DNA of 64,000 nucleotides from Camelus dromedarius. Its lineage: Eukaryota. Location: contig NC_087436.1 of assembly GCF_036321535.1 (NCBI RefSeq), positions 56,980,001 through 57,044,000 on the forward strand, written 5' to 3'. Below, piece by piece: positions 54,701 to 64,000 of the stretch. The notes under the pieces are model-generated. The model was not told the DNA's origin, searched no databases, and worked only from the letters and a program-made list of their open reading frames with translations. Every line of letters starts with the position of its first letter. Positions within the stretch are counted from its first letter, which is position 1. The translations under genes were made by a program, and so were the position numbers.

Positions 54701-55736
54701 CTCATTAACCCCCAAATCCACATTAGTATCTCTGTTTATAAGAAGTGGGCTTTGACATTCAGAGAGATTTTGTTGACTAGCCAAAAGGTACACAGAAACT
54801 AAGTGGAAGAACTGAATTTCAAATGAAAATGTTTCTTTCTCAGTTGCCTAATCATTATAAAATGACAATACATCCTACTCTTAGTGCTTAAAATCATTCA
54901 CTGTGTGTAGACAATGGAAATGAAATTATATGAATCACAGAAAACTCACAAAATTATAATGACCTCCGTTAACCAATATCGCCAGTATTAGCTAACTTTC
55001 TGAAATGTAAGAAAAGTTTGCTTCCTTTCTTCCGTGTTCCTCTGTAGAGGGAATAAAGAAACATGCTCATCGTTGTCCCATCCCACCAGAGGTCCCCAAG
55101 ATGGGAGTATGTTGTATGGTGCAAGCAACCCAATAAACCCCAGCGCCATTGATGCAGTAAAGGAGAGAAGACAACACCATTGCCATAAGCCTTTGAATCC
55201 TAGAGGGAAAAGCAACAAGGGAGGGAAGGGAGGGGATAGCAGGCTGACACAGCTCGTTCCCATGCCTGTTGTGTGTTCCCTGCCCTTGCAATCCCTACCC
55301 AGCTGTTCTCACAAACTCAGCTGTGTCACCAAAGCAAAGGACAAACCAAATGTCAAGCACCACTCACAAGTGGCAAAAAGCTGGACAAAAACATCTTAAC
55401 ATGGAAAGCTTCTGACTCCATCCTTTGAAGGTTGGTGTATTGATACCCTCTTAGTCTTATGTCTTTCTATAAATAAAACTTGACTTTGGTTATTTCCCTG
55501 GAACATTCCAGCTAGTTCTTAAACAGAGAGAGCCATGATCTTATTTCAGTCGAGTTTTCCCCATATGTTATTAGGATCATGATTTATAATACTCATTTTG
55601 AAATATCTTCTAATTATCTCCAGTTATCCCAGAAGATTCCATAAAGTTTTCAAAAAGTCCCCCAAGAAAAATGTTGAGACATCTCTAGAGGGATGTTTAA
55701 ATAATCCTTCTATTTTTCTCTTTCCAGAATTACATC

Positions 55737-55869
55737 ATGCCAAACTACAAACTCATTTACTTTAATATGAGGGGGAGAGCAGAAATTATTCGGTACATAT
55801 TTGCATATTTGGACATAAAGTATGAAGACCACAGACTAGAACAAGCTGATTGGCCTGAAATCAAATCAA
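55737..55869 (+). CDS. HPGDS: HPGDS first coding exon (exon 2; exon begins at 55728, ATG at 55737), codons 1-44 plus 1 nt
   Basis: Translates to MPNYKLIYFNMRGRAEIIRYIFAYLDIKYEDHRLEQADWPEIKS, the recognisable N-terminus of hematopoietic PGD synthase, with Tyr8, Arg14 and Trp39 present. Preceded by a pyrimidine tract and cag (55725-55727), followed by donor gtaagt at 55870. 133 coding nt, phase 1. Not in the ORF track. Confidence 0.98.
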
Positions 55870-56194
55870 GTAAGTAGCACAAACAGTAGTTCATGAAAAT
55901 GTATGTAGGGAAAATGTTTCTAGACCCTCTTGTCTTTCCTCAGGGAAAAGAAAAATAAAGGTTTTTTAATCTCATGTAGCTTTACATTGAGAAGCAGCAG
56001 TTCAGGAAAGTTAAATAAATGCTATGTGACCCAGAAAATTCTATTTGAGCTGAAAACACAAACCTGACAGAAAAGGAGTATAAAAATAACCCAACATGAA
56101 GCCCCAGCAGCAGAGCTGAAGCGGGGGAATACTGAAGGCAAACTTGTGACCATTGGAATTGGATGGGCTTGCTACAGATGTGGAAAATGATTTG

Positions 56195-56730
56195 ACAACA
56201 GGTCAGAAAAGCTGCTCTAACAGAAAAACAAACTCAAATGCCTTAAATAACAAGGAAATGAAATGTGTCACATAACTGAAAATCCAGAGGAAAATCTAGG
56301 TTTCAAAGGATGGCTTTATCTGTCTTCCTGTGTTGGCTGCATCACAAGGCTGGCAGCAACATATGCCTGCTGCAATTCCAACCTCACAGCATGCAGCCGC
56401 AACACTGAGCCGAGTTAAGAGGAGGCTCTGCTTCCTTAAGTGTTCCCAGAAGGATGAAGAAAACTTTTCCGCAGAAGACCTCAGCAAACCTCTTGTGTCT
56501 CACTGGCTCAATTGGGTCACATGTCCATTTCTGAACCCATCACTGGCAAAGGGGGTGGGAAGAAGCTTAGAACCATCTAGTCCAACTCTGAAGCTGGAGA
56601 TGAAACCAAGTTTCATGAGGCCTGTGACTATATGAGAGAGAGGTGGATACCTGAATAAAACTGGGATCTCTTTGATCAGAGGAAAGAACAAATTTACAAA
56701 TTGGCTAGGTAACCCAATGAAACGTGCTAC
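56195..56730 (-). mobile_element. MaLR (MLT1-like) LTR
   Basis: aactcaaatgccttaaataacaagg and attgggtcacatgtccatttctgaacccatcactgg are MLT1K/L-type antisense motifs. Confidence 0.65.
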
Positions 56731-57654
56731 TTAGCACTGAGAACAATGAGGAAGAATTAGAAATATGATTACATTAAACAACAGGGTGTGGTTCTCAGTA
56801 AGTTGTAAGTCATCTAGATGCTTGCCATGTTACCTAGAAATACTAACTAAAAATTATATATTTAAAATGTATATTTTGAAGACTAGATGATTAAAAATGT
56901 ACATAAAGATGAAGCTGAAGAAAACAGCTGTTGAGTACTTGTAGACTATCTACGGCTGGCAGATACTCTCCAGACCCTATTGCATTTAATTTCTCTAGCA
57001 GGTCTACATGGGATGTGTTATTGTTTGCATTTTACAGTTGGGGTACCTGAAGCACACAGTGTAGGTAACTTTTCCAGGTTCGCAGCTGTAGCAAGGTACA
57101 GCTGATTTTCAAACACAGGTCCATTTAATGCTATGGCCCAAGTTATTTGCACTAGATAATGCCAGTAACAATCATATAATTGATATATTATCAATCATGA
57201 TAATTTATATATTAACAAAAAATATTGCCACATGACTTTTGGAAGCATGAATTCCTTTGAAGTCATTGCCCCTGTAACTACTCTTTATCTTATCAGAGAA
57301 CTCTTCTCTGGTGGGATAGAATATCTCATTTCCTGTTCTTCTGAAACTTTACCATTAATATCCAAGCATTTCTCCTGATATCAGAATTTGTACATGAGCT
57401 TTTTAATTCTATGGACATAAAATAGGTGGAGTATTCATTTTAGCCATTAATTAAGTCAAGATGGATAGCAAGTTGTGGAGAGCTTACATATGACAAAGTC
57501 TGCCTTTTAGTTTTTAGATATAATTTGTTTGAGTTATTCATTCCCTACTCTACCTTAACTTTTCATTATGTTATTAAAAATGGATCACTGCATTTTCTTA
57601 ATATTTTCATAGATTCTTAGAGTTGAAAGTGATCTTAAAGTTAGTGATGGTTAA

Positions 57655-58115
57655 GATATAGTTTCAAACGCTTTAACAGACATCCAACACAAACAATGCT
57701 TAAAGAGAATAAGAATGTATTTCTTTTGCATACAAGCCCAAGTTAGCATAGTGGCTCTGCCCCATGAGCTCTCAAGAACGAGGCTCCCTCTCTTCTGTTC
57801 ATTTGCCACCTGTACTGGGTTCTTATTCACACCATGTAAATAGTTCACTCTCCTTCCGAATCCCAGCTCATGGGAAGTGTGAAAGAGAGACGAGAAAACA
57901 CCTCTTCCTCCCAGCAAAATGACCACAAAGTCGCCCACATCACTTCTGCTTGTATTGCCCTGGCAAGAACTTAGTCAGCTAGTCATATGCTACTGCAAAG
58001 GAAGCTGGGAAACATTGACTTTATTGTGGATAAGCATTTGCCCTGCTAAAAATTCAGGATTTTATTACTTTGAGGAAAAAAAATCAAAGAATAGATACTG
58101 AAAAGCAGTTTCTAT
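57655..58115 (-). mobile_element. MaLR (MLT1J-like) LTR
   Basis: catcacttctgct...tggcaagaacttagtca...ctgcaaaggaagctgggaaa is a characteristic MLT1J antisense motif. Confidence 0.65.
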
Positions 58116-58289
58116 TGCAAATTATATCTGGTCTCATCTATTTAATTTAGGAATACTCTCTGGTGTTTGAAGCTCTCTGTGACATCCCTCCTACTGTAAT
58201 CTAGAATATCATTGGATATTTCTATTAAAAAATTCTTCCTGGTCAAACCTAGTAGGTTGTGCACAGGTTTTATATTTTCTCTCTCCTTT

Positions 58290-59340
58290 AATAATATTAA
58301 AGTACTTTTTGAGAAAAAGGCACCCCTCCCCCACCCAGAGATAAAGAAATCAACCTTAAATATGAGAGCAAAATTCTGGAAGCTAGAAAGCAGGTCAAGG
58401 AATGGTAAGGTGACTTAGTAGGCTAGTGATGCTCAAATATAAGCCTGGAAGGGGAGAAGGAAAGCTGAGTGACCCCAGAGATGCCCCTAAAGGATCAGGA
58501 ATTGGTTGCAACAGATAACTCTAAGAGCTGAGCTGATGGAGGACTGCCTAGAAGAATGTGAGGAAGCAGTGTGACAACAAGATCCTCCTGTCTCCCTGGC
58601 AGAAGTATGGAGATCACTTTCAAGAGAGGATGGACCAGAGGATTCTAGGACACCAGGCATGTCTGAGGACACAGTGCTATAGGGAAAGTGGCATTCAGTG
58701 GAAGTCCAGAAGGAGAAGCCGTTTCCCCTGCTCTACAATCAACTGAAACCAGGCTGATATCCCTCAGGCAGGAAATAGGAGGAATTCTCTCTGGGAAAAC
58801 TGACCAGTCCAAGAAAAATGCCTAACAGATGGGGAGATCTCAGTGAAATGGTCCAGCCCATGTTGGCAAGCCCTTCTCATCCACCCTGAGATTCCAGTTA
58901 GCTTTTATTTCTTTGTTCTTTGAAACAGAAATGGCAAGTCAAAAATTAGTCCATAATGTGGAAAGCTTCTAATAAAACAGACCTAAAAGCAAACCTCTCT
59001 GAGGGTGTCAAGGTGATGTAGCAAGAAAAAAACTTCAAAAATATGAAATCCTCAGAGAGAAAAGAGAAGATATTCTATACTTTCTTAACAAGAACAGGAT
59101 GCTGTGAAAAAGAATGTTAGGGGATTAAAAAGTTCATGAAAATTAATATTTGACAAAAACAAATCAATAAAATGAAAAATAAGGAACTCCCCCCAAAAGT
59201 ACAATAGGGAAAAACAAAAAAATAAGAGAAAAAAGATAAGGAAAATTGAGAATCAATCAGTTTAGGAGGTCCAACATCTCCATGAAATTCTGGGAAGAGA
59301 GTATAGAAAGCAGAAGGGAGGAAATCTTTTAAAAGAAACT
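58290..59340 (+). mobile_element. HAL1/ancient L1 5' and ORF1 remnant
   Basis: cctcagagagaaaagagaagatatt...gaacaggatgctgtgaaaaagaa...gagaatcaatc...aggaggtccaacatc resembles HAL1 ORF1. Confidence 0.55.
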
Positions 59341-59689
59341 TCCTTATCCAAACAGCTTTCATACATTGGTCTTGGACTTTAAAATGTTAATTCATGGATA
59401 ACAAACTAATATTCCTCTCACATCCAATTGTCTGAAGAAATTTAGTATCTTCAAGACATCATAGAAAAAAAGCCACTGCTATGTAGTCAGTTCAATGAAA
59501 ATGCTCTGATTGAGGATAAAGGTCTTTGGCTGAACTCAGAATTGAGTCCCTAGTTAACTCATGCTCATGTATACTTCTATTTAGATACCAACTTTTGGAA
59601 CTTCCTTGATTGTTTCTCTGGTCATCATTGTGAAATTCAGTTCAGCCTTCCTACCCCTGATTCCCCTTCTTGATTAAAATTCTGTTTCC

Positions 59690-60545
59690 CATGGACTATC
59701 TGAGATCTGCAATTACATTTTGGTCCAAGGGGCAACTCTCTTCTCTTGCTGGAGTGTTCCATTTATTTCCCCTGGTTTGGGTTTCCTCACCATCCAAGTA
59801 AAACAAGCTCCTGTTAGACTGTGTCTGCCATTTTATGTGTGGTGCCTCTAGAGGAACACAGTGTTCCCGGCATAAAAACTGCACAGAGCAGAGTGGGACC
59901 ATCACTTCTGGCACAAGCCTTGACATTATTTTGAGACATTTTACCAAGATCACAGTAGCTATTTTGGCAGCCAAAGCACACTGAGACCTTACATTCAGCT
60001 TCACTAAATCTCTTAAAGCTTTTTGACAGGTGTTCCTGTTAAGTTACAATTCCAACACCCTGAAATTATTTTTTTTTGGAACCAAATAAAGGACTTAGCA
60101 TTTGTCTTCTTAAATTTCTTCTTGCTAAATGCAGCCCAATATTCCAATTGTTGGCAATTATCCCAAGCTTGGCTCAACGTTTCCAGTAGCTGAAAGCTTA
60201 CCATCTCATAAGAAAACACATTCCATTGTCAAAAGTTCCAATGGTAACATTATTTTTCATTTTGAGTTAAAATCAGTCCTTTCAAAAATTACTTCTTGGT
60301 TCTAGTCCTGCATTTTACAGATAGTCAGAATAAGAAAAGTTTTTCTTCCATTTGATAACTATGCCATATTGGAGGTGGCTTTTATGTTTCACTTAGTTTG
60401 TTCTGTCTTCTTCAGTGGAAAGTGTTAAATTTTTCATTCAATCCTCATATTAGATGGTTTTCAGACCCCTCTCTAATTTGGATACAGTCCTCTTGGCTTG
60501 CTCTGATTTTTAATGTCTTTCTCAAAACATGGCTCTTAGAACTAG
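59690..60545 (-). mobile_element. CR1/L3 LINE ORF2 remnant
   Basis: ORF 59696-60004 (KLNVRSQCALAAKIATVIL...EVMVPLCS...EHCVPLEAPHIK) aligns by eye to the CR1 ORF2 C-terminal motif KLNMSQQCALAAKKAN.ILG...EVIVPLYS...EYCVQFWAP. Confidence 0.8.
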
Positions 60546-60789
60546 AAAACAGCTGAGCAAAAGTTCTAACTGACCTCAGTTTGGATCTCACCTTTACCAG
60601 GTATGTGATCTGGACTATTTATGTAACTTCTCTTCATCTCATTTCCTTACCTATAAAATGAGATAGTAATTAATTCCTACTTCACAAGGTTGTTGTAAGT
60701 ACCAGAAGACCTAATGGGCATGTTAAATATTTAGTATGATGCCCATGAAGAACCACCCCCAAATGTTAGGCGTATTAATTCTCCCCCAC

Positions 60790-60867
60790 TTTTTTTTAAT
60801 GGGGATACTGGGGATTGAACCCACCGTGCTAAGCACACTCTACCACTGAGCAATACCCACCTCCCCC
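60790..60867 (-). mobile_element. Short or internally deleted tRNA-derived SINE
   Basis: tactggggattgaaccc...gtgctaagcacactctaccactgagc, same family as the other copies. Confidence 0.85.
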
Positions 60868-61371
60868 TGCTAATTCCCTCTTGATCACATACTTTGCTTC
60901 AAATAAGGGATCACAATTCATGTCAGCTTCATTTGGGACTTTGTTTTGTGCACTGCAGTATCTCAGACATTCAGAATAGTATGTGGCCCACTTATAGATA
61001 AATACTCAAAGAAGTTTTTATTCCTGGTGTGAACTCTAGTTCATCTTGAACTTACTCAGTACATATGAAAGACACTTGAAGTTTGATTCTAATAGCTGTG
61101 TCAGTGTCATAGGATTTCAAGTGGAACTTTATTCTTTTCTGTCTTTCAAAAATAATTGTATGTCCCAAGCTAAGCCACTGGTTAGGGAAATTGTGATGAT
61201 TCATATGGCAAAGTATCTATCATTAGAAAGATGGTGTTTCATTGATATAGAGAAATTTCAGAAAGGTATTATCGTATGAAAAATGGTTTACAAACACTAT
61301 ATACATTATGATTTTGTTTTTATACATATAGGGAAAAATAATTAAAATATTGAAATGGTATAATTATGTAG

Positions 61372-62028
61372 TGCTGCGTCCAGCGCAGCTCAGGACCGTG
61401 TCTGAGGACAGGTGACACAAGACTTAAGAAAGAGACAAAGTAAAGAGCAAAGATGGGACCAGGGGACTCAAGATCTCGTGGATCTAGAGCGGTGCGAAAG
61501 CCTGGTCGAGTATACAACTCAGAAAAAAATGCGATCAAAGAGGTGGGGCTTTAGATATTCCACGCGATAAGCACTAAGTTCTGCCTGCTGGTTAACTGAT
61601 TAATTTCAGGAATTAATTTCCTTCCAGGAACAATCACCCTCCTCGGGGTATGCAAATTTTCTGTCTATCCTGTTATTGCCTCTGGGACATCTTGAGATAG
61701 CAAATACTTCCCTCGGGTTAAACAGCATGCTTTCAGGCCAGGACAAAGTTCTGTTAATGGATGATCTGGCTTTCCAGGACCGGCCATTGTTTTACCCTAA
61801 GGAAATATCTGCCCTCCTTCATGCCCTTATGGTCAATCTCGGGATTTCTCCTTACAAATTTTCTTTAGCATAATAGATGTTATAGGTCATCTACTGCGTA
61901 AACCATTAAAACAAAGCAAGCATGTACATTTTAAGCAAGTAAGTGTGAATATAATATTTTAAGCTCATGGAAATTTAGGTGTGGCTTGTTTTCTAGTTGC
62001 TTGTTTTTCAGCGGCTTGTTTTCCAGCA
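61372..62028 (-). mobile_element. Solo LTR, ERVK/ERV2 class (MER9-like ends), 657 bp, in HPGDS intron 2
   Basis: TG...CA termini (minus strand TGCTGGAAAACAAGCC...GCTGGACGCAGCA). 6-bp flanks atgtag (61366-61371) / atgtgg (62029-62034). CpGs retained. Confidence 0.75.
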
Positions 62029-62664
62029 ATGTGGTAGAATTATTTTTATTTATCTTATAATTTTTCTATACTAAAGAATAACAAATTACTTTCTGACAAA
62101 AATATAATAGGTTTAGATAAGAAAAAAAGTAAGATTTACAGATAAAATAATAACACGCTATGAGTCTGTCCTATATCTATCCAGATACGCTATTACCTTA
62201 CTATGTATGTCAAATAGTCCCTCATCAAAATAATAATTTGGGCTAAATTCTTTACCATAACTCAATATGTAAATCAAACTTGCCATATTTCTCAGACTGT
62301 ATTTTTAAAGAATAATTTGATCTCTGATAGAAGCCAGAAAAGTTAATGAAGCTTTAAAAGAAAATATTTTCAAAAGTTAATTAGTAAATTTATGAGATGA
62401 TATATAGTATGATGTATAGCGTCACCATGAGCCTGGTTTCTAGATCTGGTTCTGTCACTAACTCTGTAACAGATCTTTGAACGACTCACTTTACTTGTAA
62501 AACATAAGGATTCCACTAGAGGGTGCCCAATGTTCCTTTTAGAATAAATATTCAAGAATTCTGTAACTTAAAATCATGCTTTGTTTCCACCATTATCAGT
62601 AAAATGGAAATATTCTGTCCTGATTTTGCTCTAGAAGTTGACTCTTTGCTCACTTTATTTTAAG

Positions 62665-62757
62665 CTCTTCCATTTGGCAAAATTCCCATTTTGGAAGTCG
62701 ATGGACTTAACCTTCACCAGAGCCTAGCAATCGCAAGATATTTGACCAGAAACACAG
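62665..62757 (+). CDS. HPGDS: HPGDS exon 3 (93 nt), codons 45-76
   Basis: Acceptor tttattttaag, donor gtaata. In phase with exon 2, it reads (T)LPFGKIPILEVDGLNLHQSLAIARYLTRNT(D), containing the GST N-terminal cis-Pro loop (GKIP) and the QSLAIARYL motif. Confidence 0.98.
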
Positions 62758-64000
62758 GTAATACATTTATTGTGTTTAAGATTTTTGATAACTGAAAAAA
62801 AGGCATATATTTAATATTCATTAAATAACTTTATTATTTAACCCTATACTACAAAGAATAGGATTAAATGGGATTAAATGCCAGAGAAGTATACTTGTAC
62901 TATTGCTATCAGTTTAATTTTCCATGAGTTCCCTAGACAATAATATAATTTTATTTTATATGACCTACAGACTCTCCTGAACTGCACTTCCTTGCTCCCA
63001 ATCCCTTGTTGGAATTCAGCTGAAAAATTAGACATGTCTGAACCCAAACTTTTGCTAGCATGTCTGACTTCAATTGTAGGTTTTTAACCTGGAAAAGCAA
63101 CATAACCATAGCTATGAGCTTGGAAGATTATTCCGGCCATGCTTTCTATCAGTTTGGCATGACTGCAGGGATGCACATATGGATGTCATTGAAATAGTCC
63201 AGACAGAAATGGAAAAGAACAAGGAGTAAGGAAAAGATGAGAAAGTTTGTGAAGACAGCATCATCACAGGGCTAGAAAGCAGGGTTTGGCGTGTGGAGGG
63301 CACTGTTTTGGAGTAGGAAGAGTGAGGGCCAGGCAGATGGCAGGTTGGACATAGTTTCTTGTTCTCATGGCTCCTTCTTTTCCTCTTCTTTATTTAAAAA
63401 AAAAAATTCCTTTAACTTGCGATATCCTTTTCATTGTCTGTCCTCTCCAGTTAGCCATAAGTGCCACGCAGGCAAGGGATTCACCTCCTTTGTTCACTGC
63501 TGGAGCCACTGTTGGGGCCGATGCACAGTTGGAGCCCAGTAATTATTTGTTGAATGAATGAGGAAGAAGAGCTGGTTTGCAGTAGGACAGGATGACTGCA
63601 CTTTGGGATTTGCTGAAGGAAGTTCAGGGGCCAAAAGGATAGACAGAGGATTACCCAAAAGGAGGCTGAGGATATGGACCTGGAATTTAGGACTAAACGT
63701 GTTGAATACAGAGTCATCTGCATAAGACTGACTGAAGCCTTGCGCGTGGAAGTCAGAGTAGGGAGTAAGGATGAAAATGAGTGAAGAGAACCTATGATAC
63801 AATTCGGAAGGACTTTCCAAGGTCAGAAAGAAGAATCAGCTTTTGAACATCACACACTCACAAATATAGATAGTTTACAGAAGAAATCAAATTACTGAAG
63901 CATTTTCTTTCACTTTTAACAGCTTTCTTGAGGTATAATTAACATACAACTCACCCATTGTCAGTATATAGTTCCTTGATTTTTAGCAAATTTATACAGT

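Overview
AT-rich, repeat-rich mammalian genomic DNA, most likely camelid (inferred from the tRNA-derived SINE family present). The only protein-coding gene I can support is HPGDS (hematopoietic prostaglandin D synthase, sigma-class GST) on the + strand: promoter and non-coding exon 1 at about 48.9-49.2 kb, coding exon 2 at 55728-55869 (ATG at 55737) and exon 3 at 62665-62757. The rest of the gene lies beyond the window. The first ~48 kb is upstream intergenic sequence made of L1, L2, CR1, MIR, MaLR/ERV LTRs, SINEs and microsatellites. Apart from L1 and CR1 remnants, the ORF track looks like noise. I found no convincing new biological system. The most unusual items are a TSD-flanked SINE-LTR chimeric retrocopy (35.98-36.35 kb), a young CpG-rich antisense solo LTR in HPGDS intron 1, a cluster of four solo LTRs at the 5' end of HPGDS, divergent CTCF motifs, and a speculative minus-strand chain of exon-like segments. 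Repeat family names come from recognition, not from a database search.
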